Positions 13,963-37,345 of a stretch of 64,000 nt of DNA are shown here, piece by piece. Origin of the DNA: Paraspadella gotoi (Eukaryota > Animalia > Chaetognatha). Position 1 is the stretch's first letter, and the number at the start of each line of letters is the position of its first letter. The position numbers and the translations under genes are program-made. The DNA is taken from positions 4,655,834 through 4,719,833 of the forward strand of contig JBJCIZ010000239.1 of assembly GCA_051294375.1 (NCBI GenBank), written 5' to 3'. The notes beneath the pieces were generated by a model. It saw nothing but the letters and a program-made list of their open reading frames with translations, did no database searches and had not been told where the DNA came from.

Positions 13963-14112
13963 CAAAAAGTTGTTGCTTGAATTTAAATTGTTTTCTATTT
14001 CACGACGACGACGATAACGACGACGACTACGACAACAACAACAACAACGATCACGGCAAAAAAAAAATCGCAAACCAGTCACTAAGAAGAGATTTTCCAT
14101 GTGGCGCAAGAA

Positions 14113-14149
<37 letters not shown>

Positions 14150-14955
14150 TTGAAATCAAAATCCGATCAGAAGAAATCGAAAAGAATAATAGGATTCCGT
14201 TTCTCTCTCTCTCTCTATCTTCTCTCTCTCCCTCTTCTCTCTCTCCCCTCTCTCTCGTCTCTCTCTCTTCTCTCTCTTTCTCTCTCTCTCTCCCTCCCCA
14301 AGACAATGAAGATAAAGAAGAAGATACATCTTGAATGAAAAGAGACGAAAAAAAAAAAAAATAAAAAGACATAAAAAGTGAAGAGAATATTAAAAGCCTG
14401 CCATAAGTTGTTAAATAAATTGATATCAATATTAATATCAATAGCTTCTCATCCGCTGTTTATAAAACGAACGAACCATTTTTGTAGGAGACGTACCAAT
14501 TTCATTGACTTAGAAACGGACAGTACATATTTAAAGAATGCCAATTTCATTTATTTAACTAGAATTTCAATTAAACTAATATTCTTCAATCATTCATGCT
14601 GTACTATAAACGTCAATTCTTTAATATATTTTAGTCTCTATTTTACAAAGTATATTTACATGTTGTTTACATATAACAATTTATTATCCGACATACTTTG
14701 TGAGGTGTGATAAAACAATATATATAGCTTGTGATAACAATTAAACTCTTGATTACAATTAAATAAACAACAATTGTTCTTTTCCATTTTTTTTTGTGGC
14801 TTTTTTACGATTTTGATATTTTGCTTTATTTTTTGCCTTTTTTTCTTTTTTTTTCTTGGCTCAAAGATAACAGAGCCGATCACTCTTAGCCTCTTTCCAC
14901 TAATGGGCTAGCGCCCCCCCTTCTCATCTGTCTCCCAAGCCATTTTTCATCTGGG

Positions 14956-15072
<117 letters not shown>

Positions 15073-15371
15073 CTCTGCGCCTGTCTGTGAATAAATTAAA
15101 CTTTCCGTTAAAATCAAAGTTTTAAAAACAAATGTATAAAATATGTTCTAGGTTTATTCTTTCAAACTGATAAATAGAAAAAAAATATATAATCTTTTAA
15201 AAAAAGCCCAAATATAAAAAAAGAGATAATAAATCCCACAAACTAATATTGAGAGAACAATACAGAGTGGCGCGGTGTATGTTAAACACGAACTCAGTCG
15301 GAATTTTGTCATTTATTCGTTATACAATTTGTTTGTAAAGAAATGGTAGCGCTAGCAGTCGCTTAGATTCG

Positions 15372-15603
15372 AGGTTCTTTCCAAATAACCCAGAACGACT
15401 CATTTTATCTAAAATTCGAAATTAAAAATGTTAATTTTTTTAGTTAATAATTTGGTTCAAATTTAGGGTTATGGATTATGTGAGGGTTCAAAATTAGGGT
15501 TAGGGATTAAATATTAAATATTAATATTAGTTAGATTAAATATTAAAATAAATTTCGGGAAAAAAAACGAACAGAAATGGGGCGCTCTCGGAAAAGAGAG
15601 CCC
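15372..15603. mobile_element. MITE with telomere-like interior (family copy)
   Basis: Degenerate left end (cgactcattttatctaaaattcg), ttagggttaggg interior, right end gaaatggggcgctctcggaaaagagagcc. Confidence 0.55.
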
Positions 15604-15694
15604 CAATTTCCCAACCGATCCCAAATTCCTCACCCTTCCTCCATCCCGGATCCAGCGAAACCGAGGAATCTAATTAATTCCCGAAAAAGATTTA

Positions 15695-25931
<10,237 letters not shown>

Positions 25932-25933
25932 GT

Positions 25934-25983
<50 letters not shown>

Positions 25984-26966
25984 ATCGTTACACAACTTCC
26001 ATTATCTTCATTCGCTAGAAAGTTTTCTTTTTTTTTTCATCGGGATTTTTCAATAGTTGGTTTTTGCATATTTATTCTTATTTATTCATTTATACAAACG
26101 TATTTATCTAGAACGTCGCATTTTAACAGATTCAGAAGTTTTAAGCTCATTGCTATGAAATGGTACAACCAATATCAAAAATTATCCATTCATTTAATAA
26201 ATAAGCTATCTTGCCCCTGACTTTGGACGGGGTTTGCTGGTTTAAGGCCTTTGTTGATGAGGAGTTGATTCTTAAATACGTAATTTATTTAGTGCATAAA
26301 AATTTAACTTCAGCTTGCTTTTTTTTTAAAATACCACTATTTAAAGAACTTTTGTTTAAAACTATTTGGATCCGATTTGGATGTCGCAAAATGTAAGGAA
26401 TCATCCTAACGCAATGCAAAAAAAAAATAAGGATAACGTTGCAGATTGCACAACCGGAAATTAGCTTTTTTTTTCTTGCTCCCCTTTTAATTTTTTAACC
26501 TACTTTTTTTTCCCTCGGGTTTACTTTCCTCCCTCTTCTTTTCTTTTATGTCGAATCTCTCTTTTTTTTCCTCTAATTCTTTTTCCTCCCTTTCTTTTCC
26601 TCCGAGGAAAAAATAAAGAATTCAATTTTCTCACTAGTTCTTTTTTTCCACGTCGGACGCCGATCTCCGACGGTCAAGAAGAAGAGAAGGAAAGTATCGA
26701 TCGGGAAAAGACAGAAGGAAAAAAAAAAGGAGGAAAAAAGGAGGAAAGGAAAGAAAGATGAAAGAGAAGGATGGAGGAAAGAAAAAGAATTAAGAGAAAG
26801 AAAAGGAAGAGGAAAGAAGATGGAGGAAAGGAAAGAAAGAAAATGGAAAAAGGAAAAAAGAGAAAAAGGAAAAATTAGAAAAAATGGGAAAGAGGGAAGA
26901 AGCAAATAACGATAACGGAAAATTTCAACGACTCATCCAAGGAAAATACAAAGATAATATAGGAAA

Positions 26967-27098
<132 letters not shown>

Positions 27099-27424
27099 GA
27101 AATAGGAAAATAAAGCTCTAAAATATTAACAAAATAGAAGGAAAGAAAACAAGAAAATAAAGACAAAACAACAAAGAGTAGAAAAAAAGAAAACGTTTTA
27201 AAAAACAAGGTGCTGAGAGAATATAAAAAAAAAACTGAGACAAGAGAAACAAAACGAGGCTGTAAAGAAGGAAAAACATCGGGAGTAATATTATCTCTCT
27301 CTCTCTCTCTCTCGCTCTCTCCCTCTCTCTTCTCTCTCTCTCCCTCTCTCTCTCCCCAACCGCTCGCACGTCTTTGTCGCGTCTGGAGGAAGAACACATT
27401 TTTATATGGAAACTCAAAGTGAAA

Positions 27425-28620
27425 GGAGATGAGAGATGGGGGGGAGATGGGAATGATGGGAATAGAGAGAATGGGGGGATGGGAAGATGGGGTAAAGGGG
27501 AGATGGGAAGATGGGGAGATAAGGGAATGGGGAGTTGGGAAGACGGGGAGATGGAAGATCGGGGAGAATGAAATGGAATGACGGGGGAGATGGAAAGATG
27601 GGTAAATGGGGAAAGAGAGAGATGGAAAGACGGGTTAATAATGATGAGATGGGAGGATGTAAAAACGGGGAATGAGAAAAAAAGGGGAGAAGGGAAAAAC
27701 GGAATTAAGAACGGATAAGAAATGGGGAGATGAGGAAAATTAAAGATGGAAAAAAGGAAATAGGAAAAAAGGGGAAGGTGGGGGGAAAAAGGGGAGATAG
27801 TAAGATGGGATGATAGGGAGAAAGAGGAGAAGAGAATAATAATTAAACCTCACAATAACAGTTATGTAGGAACACAGGCTATTGACAAGGAAGGAGAAAA
27901 TCAAGGCAAATGGTTAAGTTTAACGAGTGGAGTAATAAAAAACAATATAGAAAGCGGGTGAGGAAATTAAGTCCGATTGGCTGAAATGGGATAAGGTTTG
28001 ATGAAGGGGAGAGAGGAAGGGGAGGGGGGAAGAGGACGGGGAGGGAGGGGAAGAGGAACGGGGATGAGGGATATGGAGGGGGGCCAAGAGGACGGAGGAG
28101 GAAAGGAAAGGACTTGTTGTAGAGGGGGAAGAGGACGGGGAGGAGGGGGAGGGGGGCAGAGGGACAGGGAGGAGGGGAAGAGGACGGGCAGAGGGGGAAG
28201 CGACAGGAGGGGAGGAGGGGATGGGAGGGCATAAGACGGGTGAGGCGGGCAGGAGGAACGGGGAGGAGGGGGAGAGACGGGCAGAGTGGGGGAGAGGACG
28301 GGGAGGGAGGGCGGAGGGGGCGGAGAGGACGGGCAGAAGGGGGAGAGGACGGCGGAGGCGGACGGGGAGAGGAGAGAAGGGGAGGGAAATTAGAGAAGCA
28401 CGCTGCGTCAAAGCTTCGAGACAACTCGCGAAGTCTAGAAGGGACGAGAAGGATCGAGAAGAAAATGGCGGAAAAAATGGAACAAAATGGAAAAAATGGA
28501 ATCAAATGGAATAAATGGAACAAAAGGGAACAAAATGGAATAAATGGAACAAAATGGAACAAAATGAAATTAATGGAACAAAATGGAATAAATGACATGA
28601 TTGGAAAGAATGGAAGGGAG
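27425..28620 (+). repeat. G/A-rich degenerate simple repeats (ggggagatgg, gaggacggg, aaatggaa)
   Basis: Successive blocks of purine-rich motifs with many G-runs. Confidence 0.75.
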
Positions 28621-28976
28621 AGGCTATTTTCAATTCATTTTTTCCAATTCATTTTTTCCAATTCATTTTTTTTAAATGGTTGAAAAAAAATTGCAGAGTG
28701 TTGTCACTTGTACGTTTTTAGATTAAACTTACAGGTCGATTTTCCAAATAACAAACCAAAAATAATAGCTTTTTCCTCTATTTTCTTTTTCCTCCTTTTT
28801 TGTTTTTCCTCCCTTTTACTTTTCCCTCCTTTTCTTTTTTTCTTCCTCCAATACAGAGTCTCGGATTCTCACAGCCCGAAGCGCAACATCAAACTTTGTT
28901 TGTTTTCACTTTTCTCGCGTTTCCAACTTTCCTTTCTTTTTCCTTTATTTTCCCCTTTTTTTGTGGGTGGGGAGGG

Positions 28977-29292
28977 CGGCTCTCTTTTCCGATAATGCCG
29001 GAATTTAATTTTAAATCTAATATTTAACCAAAATGTATTTTAAAACTGATAAGCCAATCCCTAACCCTAGCCTAATCCTGAATCCTAACCCTGAACCCTT
29101 ATCCCAAATTTCTAACCCTTCCCTCCTAACCCAAAACGCTAGCCATAGGCAACCTAAACCTAACCTTTATCACTAACCTAATCCCTAACCTAATCCCTAA
29201 CCCCAAACGCTAACCTACTATTTAACTAAAAATATTAACCAAGTAATTCTTAATTTAAGATAAAATGGGGTGTTTTGGGAAAATAAGGCAGG
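28977..29292. mobile_element. MITE with telomere-like interior (family copy)
   Basis: cggctctcttttccga ... gataaaatggggtgttttgggaaaataagg, with ccctaa units. Confidence 0.7.
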
Positions 29293-29378
29293 ACGGGCTT
29301 GGGGTGGAGGGAAGGGACTTGGGAAGAGAGGGGAGAGAGTGTGACGACGAACACCACGGGTTTTAAAATCGAGTAGGG

Positions 29379-29433
<55 letters not shown>

Positions 29434-29477
29434 ACTGAGAGAGAGACTGAAGAGAGAGAGAGAACTAGAGAGAGAGG

Positions 29478-29524
<47 letters not shown>

Positions 29525-29990
29525 TTTATTCCGTAGTTTTTTTTGTTTTTTTTTGTTTCGTTTTTTCTGTTTTTTTTTCGTTTGATGATCTTTTGTTTGT
29601 TTTTAATTTGTTTTCTTAATTTTAGTTTAATTTAACAATTTGTCAATTGTTTATTTTTGTTTTTGGTTTTGTTTCCTTGTTTGTTTTTTTTCATTAAACG
29701 AAGTCGTCTTCATTTTTTTTGCCTAAAATAAAACAAAACAGAAGACAAATTAATAATTAATATTATTTTTTTTCTCTTAATTTTTAGAGGAAAAAACGTT
29801 GAAAACGACAGAAAGAAAAAAAGAGAAGAGAAGAAAACAAGGAGAGAGAGAGAGAAGACGTAATCAGCGACAATCGGCGTAAGTTGAAGAGAGAAAATTT
29901 CGAGAGAAAAAAAAATAAACAAAATGTCCAACTTGAGCGGCGAAAATTTATCGAAAAATCATGGAGCTGAGTTTGTTTTTAATAGATCAG

Positions 29991-32900
29991 CACGGTTCCT
30001 TTTTACATCGATTTAATCGGCATGGACGCTGCAAAGAATGAGCGATGTCCCGGGATATGTTTCCGGACCTTTGTGGGCTAACAAAAAGGGTAGAACAAAT
30101 TTTTCCTAAATGACAGTTTTTTTATAATTTAATAGTTAAAATTAGCTATATAAATATCCATAAAGTAGAATAAAAAAATTAAAAATGGTTTAAAATTTTT
30201 TTAAAAATGGGAAATTTATCATGCATCATCCATGAATTATAAACAATTCCCTTTCATTTGAGTCCATAACCATTAATTTCTATCTTTAATAGTCTTATTT
30301 GTAATTAATTTTTCTTTATTAAAATATTAATTTTAATTTTTTTTCCAAATAATTTAATTAAAAAAAATTATAAACTATGCCAAATGATTGAAGACAAAAA
30401 ATTATATAAAAGTGACCTTTAACCAACCCTAAATATCAGGCCTTCAAATACAATATAAGCTTAAGTTTATTATTGATGATGTTTGACATAGAAAATTAAA
30501 TAATTATAAATTAAATATATGAAAAAATTTATAACTTTGAATTTTTTTTTAGCATAATAGACATAATTTTTAATTAATTGTTAATGATGCTTTTAATAGC
30601 TACTGGTCAGTTGTATCCTTCTCAATTATAATAATTTTATAACTTCTTTTATTTTTAGTAATACTGACTGCTATATTTACTTACTTTTGACCAAATCCAA
30701 AAATTACTGGTATTAAAAATTATGTATGAAACAGACAAAAACTTTTTTTTTAATCACATGCTATTTAATTTTTTTAACTGATATAATATTATCCTTGGAC
30801 AAAATTTTAAAAGTTTTAAACAATCCCAACTAGACATTTTTAAAGTTGTCAAATGTATAAATATTTGATATTCGGACTGCTTTGTAGGTTTTAACTTAAT
30901 GCAGTAGCCTCTTTTAATATGACAGAAAAGCAGTATATTTAACAGTTTTTTTATTTGGAGTGGGCATCAAAGTTTTAATACATATTAACATCAGTATATT
31001 TGTTAAGTATAGTAGATTCCTCTATAGATTTTTTAATTTTTGAAAACGTTTTACTCTTTTTTTCTATAATTTTTATGACACACAAAACGTTTCTTTGATT
31101 ACGCAAAAGAGAATGTAAAAAACATTAAAAATAAATAGTACCAATAGTTAGAGTTATGTCTAGGAATAGATGAAAACAAAAAACCTTGTTTTAAAAATTT
31201 GATCGGGAAGTGGGTTAAACTAAGCTTACCAACGGTATCCTCCATGCTGCATCGTCTCTCAAATAATTTTTTTATTTAATACATCTTGAAAAGGGAAAAA
31301 AAGAAAATTCAGAATGGCACGGTGGCATAAAGCGGTAGAGATAAACGTACATAGTGGACATGATCATAATGACCTTTTTGTTTTGCGTTAATGGGGCGCC
31401 AGTAAAGAAAGCTAAAAATGCAATCATTAAGTCAGTCAATAACCCTTTTCCGCAAAATTTTTTTTTTCTTAATTAAAATGGAATGATAAATAAATAGAAT
31501 TAAATTCTCTTTATAAAAGGTTGTTATATTTAAAAGAACAATTAGCAATACAATTCAAACACACATGATGTCTTGCTTTGTCAATATGTAGCAGTTAACG
31601 TAATTTTTTAAAAATTTTATTATGAAACAAGCAGATATATCCAAGCTTTTTCCTTTGCAGTTGAAGTAAGGAAAAATATTATTTTTTTTCACAAGACAAG
31701 AGATAGAACGTCCAGGGAACTGTTTATATTCAAGCTGAAAATCTTCTTTTTTATTCATCTTTTCATATTTAAAAAACATTTTATGCAAGCTACTGACAAA
31801 ATTTGTGCTTTGTTTTTTTACTTTAACTGAAACAATACAAGCAATTTATACAGTACGAGAAATTTAATTCGGTAATTAAAATGTACATTTCAGACTTTCC
31901 TCTTCAATTTACAAAAAAAACAAAAAATTTTACTATGCCCTCATATGAAATTTGTCAATGCAAAAAACTGTTATACTTTTAACCGATTTAAATAAAAAGC
32001 TGTAAAATTTATGGATAAAAATTAACAAAATTGTTCTAGAAATGTGTCGCCATGATTAGCGGCTTAATTTGATACCACACCCACCTTGCTCCCTCTTTTT
32101 GTCAAAAGATATTCAAGAAAATAACTTTTTTTATTAATTTTTTGCATCTTGGCAGTTTTTGTTTTTTAAACAACCTTACTTATTGGCCCTTAAAAAATGT
32201 CTAGTTGGGATTGTTTAAAACTTCTTATAATTTTGTCGCAAGGATAATATTTATAATCACTCCACAAAATTAAATAGATCGTGATTTAAAAAAAAGTTTT
32301 CGTCCTGTTTTACATAATTTTTTAATATCAGTAATTTTTCAGATTTTATCAAAGTAAGTAAATTAGCAGCTAAAATTATTACTAAAAATAAAAGAAGTTA
32401 TAAAATATATTATAGTGAGAAGGATACAACTGACCAGCAGCTAATAAAAGCATCATGAACTAATTACTTTAAAATTATGTTTATTATGCAAAAAAAATTT
32501 AAAGTTATAAATTTTTTCATATATTTAATTTTTAAATTATTTATTTTCTAATCAAAACATAATCATAATAAACTTACTATATATGTATTGAAGGCCTTAT
32601 ACTTAGGTAGGAAGCCTTATAATATAAATTTTTTCTTCACAATCATTTGGCATAGTTATAATTTTTTTAATTTAAATTATTGAAAAAAAATTAAAATAAT
32701 ATTTAATAAAGAAAAAATTAATTACAATATCAAACTATAAAAGATGAATAATGTGTTATGGACTCAAACGAAAGGAAATGTTCATAGATTATGGATGATG
32801 CATGATATTTTCATTTTAAAAAAATTTAAACCATTTTTTAATTTTTTTATTCTACTTTATGGATTTTATATAGCTAATTTTAATATTAATTTATAAAAAA

Positions 32901-33024
32901 AACTGTCATTAGGAAAAATTTGTTTACCCTTTTTTTGTGTAGCCCAAAGGTCGGAAATGTATCCCGGCGACATCTCATCTCTTGTGCATCCATGCCGATT
33001 AAATCGATGTAAAAAGGAACCGTG
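29991..33024. mobile_element. Non-autonomous Chapaev-like (CMC) DNA transposon with ~850-bp terminal inverted repeats
   Basis: Starts CACGGTTCCTTTTTACATCGATTTAATCGGCATGGA and ends TCCATGCCGATTAAATCGATGTAAAAAGGAACCGTG. TCAG lies on both sides (29987-29990, 33025-33028). Arms remain alignable to aaacaatcccaactagacattttt (~30840) and aaaaatgtctagttgggattgttt (~32192). No transposase ORF inside. Confidence 0.9.
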
Positions 33025-33060
33025 TCAGAGTAAAGAGAAGAAAAGAAAAGAAAAGAAAAG

Positions 33061-33091
<31 letters not shown>

Positions 33092-33418
33092 CAAGAAAAA
33101 AAAAGAAAAGAAAAAGAAAAAGAAAAGAAAAGAAAATTAGAAAAAAGATGGAAAGTGACGAGAATTGATAAATTTGAGTCAATCGTTTTTTTTTTGTTTT
33201 TTTTTTTTTTTGTTTTTGTTTTTGTTTTTTTTTTTATTAAAAAAGACTTTAAAAACATTTTTGAAATAATATGAACGCGATAAACCTTCAATTGTAATGC
33301 GCAAGTTCGAATCAAGTTAATAATACATATTCTATAATTTAACGACGAAACAAGTTTTTTTTTTAGATTTCGAAATATAGATTAAAAACTCGAAACGGTT
33401 TTTTTATGTCCTCAAAAT

Positions 33419-34672
33419 TCAAGCGAAAACAAAAGACTCATCGTCGCGTCGATTGACGAAAGAAAAGACGACGCCGACGACGAAGACCCCGACGACGACG
33501 AAGAACGCAACTGGACGAGCCCTTGCGGCGTTATCGGGCACCATGCCGCTAGCGAGGGGGCTCGAGACTTTTTTAGAGAGGGGTGGGCTTGAGAAAAAGA
33601 AAAGGGTAACGATGATTGATTTTATTTTGTTGTTTATTTTTTTTTTCAATAAATGTCCCCCCACGACAAGATCCTACCCACACGACCACAAGACAAGACG
33701 ACAACGTGGCCAAGCGACCACAAGCAAGCTCAACCGCAAGATCAACGAGAGACCGCGCGATCACACGACCACACGGCCACCCGCCCACACAGTCACGAGA
33801 CCACCCCACAGTCACGTGATAAAACGACCGCACGGCCACTCGACCACACTGCGAAGCGACCCAGCGACCACAGCAACGTGCCAACACGACTACACAGTCG
33901 CGAAACCACACGACCGCACGGTCACGTGATAAAACGACCGCACGGCCACGCCGACTACAAAGTCACGCCGACCACGCTTGACCCACACTCTTGACCACAA
34001 ACCTTTCGTTCGGAGGATTCTTCTCCTTCTCCTGTTTCTTCAAAGTCTTCTCCGCATTTTTAATCGCGTCGGGATCTCCGCCTGGCGATTTCTCCTCAGC
34101 GGCCGCCGCCGCAGCCGCTTCAGCGAATGAATTCGTTCCTCTGCGGCGGAGTGGTGGAATTGAGGAAAGGAGAGGGATAAAGGGGAGGGAAGAGGAAAAG
34201 GGGAGGGAAGAGGAGAGGGGAGGAAAGTGAAAAAGGGAGGAAAGAGAAAAGGGGAGGAAAGAGAAAAGGGGCAGGAAAGAGAAAATGCGAGGATATAGAA
34301 ACGGGAGGGAAGAGGAAAGGGAAAAGGTGAGAAAAGGAAAAACTTCCATGCCCGCTTTAACAGCCAAGGAACGGGTCCTGGTCATGGAACCAGAATTGGG
34401 GGTTTTCCACGAACCCAAAGCTGTTTACGGCCGTCCTCACGCTTCCCGCAGGGTAGGTAGCATTGAGGATCGATCCCGGTACCTAATGGTCTCTGATGGT
34501 ATTACGCAATGAGCCATCGGGTCACAAACTGAAGGTGACATTGCTTATAGGCGGGATGAACATATTGCAATGCCCGACTACAGTTTTATAAATTTATAAA
34601 TACAAACGACCAAAAGTCCTACCTCAAGACGGCCGCCAACGCCGTCGCCAGTATCGCCAACGCCACCTTCAT
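33419..34672 (-). CDS. Four-exon gene for a small secreted/membrane- or GPI-anchored Cys-containing protein; exon 2 carries indels
   Basis: Exon 1 34672-34623 MKVALAILATALAAVL (signal peptide) with donor GTAGGA, then a 45-nt intron. Exon 2 ~34577-34350 (SRALQYVHPAYKQCHLQ..CDPMAHCVIP..GIDPQCYLPCG, needing indel correction). Exon 3 ~34140-34003 (FAEAAAAAAAEEKSPGGDPD..). Exon 4 33548-33419 (SGMVPDNAARARPVAFFVVVGVFVVGVVFSFVNRRDDESFVFA*). Phases match at the exon 1/2 and 3/4 junctions. Confidence 0.7.
33660..33998. repeat. Degenerate (CACGAC)-type intronic repeat
   Basis: Many acgaccac units. gtcacgtgataaaacgaccgcacggccac occurs twice. Confidence 0.8.
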
Positions 34673-34829
34673 TTCGACACGAAAAGCAGAAAAAACACAC
34701 TGTGCGCCTTTTTTTCTTTATTCTTCTTCAGACCGAAAGCCCAAAAAACACTGGAAAAAAAAAGTCATTGTGAGTCGACATCGTGGGCCGAAATTGAAAT
34801 TAGTACTGTTAATTAAGTGATGTAGATAT

Positions 34830-35310
34830 TGAATGATTGATTGATTGATTGATTAATTGATTAATTGATTAAGTCATTCATTTATTCATTTATTTATTCG
34901 CTCACTCATTCATTCAATCATTCATTCATTCATTCGCTCATTCGCTCACTCATTCATTCATTCATTCATTCATTCATTCTTCATTCATTCAATTCGCTCA
35001 CCTCATTCATTCATTCATTCATTCATTCATTCATTCATTCAGTCGCTCATTTAGTCGCTCATTCATTCATTCATTCATTAATTCATTCATTCGCTCATTC
35101 ATTCATTCATTCATTCGCTCACTCATTCATTCATTCATTCATTCATTCATTCATTCATTCAATCATTCATTCATTCAGTCGCTCATTTATTCGCTCATTC
35201 ATTCATTCATTAATTCATTCATTCGCTCATTCATTCATTCATTAATTCATTCATTCATTCATTCATTCATTCTTTCCTACGTTGATTGATTGATCGATTG
35301 ATTGATTGAA
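34830..35310. repeat. (TCAT)n microsatellite flanked by (TGAT)n
   Basis: Long cattcatt tract with gctc interruptions. Confidence 0.95.
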
Positions 35311-35656
35311 CGATTGTTTAATTTCAAATTTTACAGACAACCAAGTGCATTTAGACTAAAAACCCGAAATTTTTAACTACTCTACTACATTTAATTCGAA
35401 CGACTTCAAAAACTAACTCACGTTCTCGAGTCGCTTCCGTCGAGGTAACTCGGGAGTCAAAAACCGTAGAACGAAATCTCGCGAAAAAAACGAAGTAAGA
35501 GCGAAAAGTAAAAACCGAAACTAAACTTTTTTTCATCGTATCCTTAAAAAAAAGCATTTTCGTGAACGTCGAACCTATTATAATATTATATATATTGGTT
35601 AAATATATTATATAATAAATCGCCTGTATTAATTACTACTATTATTGCTAATTTTC

Positions 35657-35902
35657 GAACTTTTCTTTCCCAAAACGGCCCATTTCGTATTAAATACGGA
35701 ATTAAGTTAGTTATTTGGTTTTAAGTAAGAAGTTAGAAGAAAGGATTAGAAATTAGGTTAGGGATTAAGTTAAATATTAGAGTTTGGGATTAGGTTAGTG
35801 ATTAAGTTAGGGGATTAGAATTAGAGATTAGGGGGTTACGGATTGGGTTATGGAGTTGGTGGATATAAAAATAGAAATAGGGCGCTTTTGGAAAAAAGAG
35901 AG
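35657..35902. mobile_element. MITE with telomere-like interior (family copy)
   Basis: ttttctttcccaaaacggcccatttcg ... gaaatagggcgcttttggaaaaaagag, with ttaggg units. Confidence 0.7.
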
Positions 35903-36032
35903 TTTTTCGAAGCGCGGAGAAGATGAAATAAAAGCATGACTTTTTTTGTTTCTTGTTTCCGTTAAATTTAAAATTTCAATGAGAAAAGAAAAGCGGAAAA
36001 GGAGTGAATTAAAGAACGCGACAAATCCAGTA

Positions 36033-36068
<36 letters not shown>

Positions 36069-36199
36069 CTCCGGTTATCTACGAATTCGGATGAAGTGAA
36101 ACAGAGATGGAGACGGAAAAAAAGAAAAGAAAAGCGAAGAGAATCGATTTAATTTCGGCGAAATGGAAAGAGAGAGAGTGAGAGAAGAGAGAGCAGAGC

Positions 36200-36243
<44 letters not shown>

Positions 36244-36448
36244 CAAACAGACAGAGACTTCCTCCCACAAATGAGAATCTGTAACCAGAGAAATTCTTCC
36301 AGATGGTGCGAAAGATTTATTTTTTCTCGCCCGATCCTCTAAGTTTCTACATTTATTTTTTATTCATTTTTTTTCATTTTGATTCATTTTTATCTTTTAT
36401 TTACTAATTTTAACATTTCTTTAATTCATCTATGTTATACTTAAAATG

Positions 36449-36870
36449 TTTTTTAGTCGGATCTGCTTATCAGAAGCTTCCGACTCTATAATCTACTTTG
36501 TCGGTTTGTCGGTCCGTCGGTCCCACCCCAAAAACTTGTCGATAAATAATTTTTATCATATCAGAACATCAAATTGTAAAAAAAAATGATGTCTGTCCAT
36601 CTGTCCATCCGTCGAACTGTCCGTCTGTCCGTCCGTCGGACTGTCTGTTTGTCCGTCCGTCCGTCTGTCCGTCTCCCCTTCGCATTAAATCAGGAGCTTA
36701 TTAAAGCTGGAAATCAAGTTTTGATAAAATAGTCTGAGTGGAAATGAGTTTAAACGAAAAAAAACAAAAAACCTGTTTCACTAATTCAATATGCTTCTTT
36801 TTCTTTTTATATTAAGTGTAAACGAACTGAAGTCGTAGAGGTGGCTATCGTTGATTCGCTAACTTTCCTG
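36449..36870 (+). mobile_element. HINE/DINE-1-like (Helentron-associated) non-autonomous element
   Basis: Begins in a T-run, has the short inverted pair agtcgga..tccgact near the 5' end and a (GTCY)n microsatellite. A second copy is at 40542. The 3' end is uncertain. Confidence 0.6.
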
Positions 36871-36874
36871 AACT

Positions 36875-37345
36875 AATTCTGCGCTATCAAAAGTAGAGGA
36901 ATTCGAGGAAGATGGCGCAAAAGAGACGATGGCACCGGTCCACTAGCTCAAGATGGCTGACGACAAAGTCTCGGCAAAGATGATCGTCGACGCAAGGCGG
37001 ACGATCAAGTCGATGCGAAATCCAGGATCTTCTTTGAAGCTAAAGAGCCTTGAAGCTAAAGTTAGAAATCCTGGACGAAGGGAACAAAACATTTAATACA
37101 CACTCAGTAAATATATATATAAATTTTAAAGAGATTCTCTTACTTGTTTCTGAAGCCAGAATTGTGAAAACGTTGCCTCTATCACAAAGAAAGTCCACCA
37201 ATCCAGCGATCACAAAAACTTATTATTAAAAAACGTGTTTCCGAGAATATCTATATGCGAATTTAATGAAAACTTTTAAAGTAGCCAAAAACGCAGTGTG
37301 AGACTAAGTGAAGTCTGAAGAGTTGCACGTCGATAGAAATCATGG
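36875..37345 (-). other. Possible exon pair joined by a 73-nt canonical intron
   Basis: Minus-strand GTAAGA donor at 37143 and cttcgtccAG acceptor at 37071. The junction reads ..NVFTILASET-RFLTLASRLF.. in frame, but the flanks contain stops. Confidence 0.3.

Noticed and set aside
29055-29215. ccctaa arrays as a telomere or chromosome-fusion scar
   Set aside because: They are short, degenerate and bounded by shared MITE termini at multiple sites.
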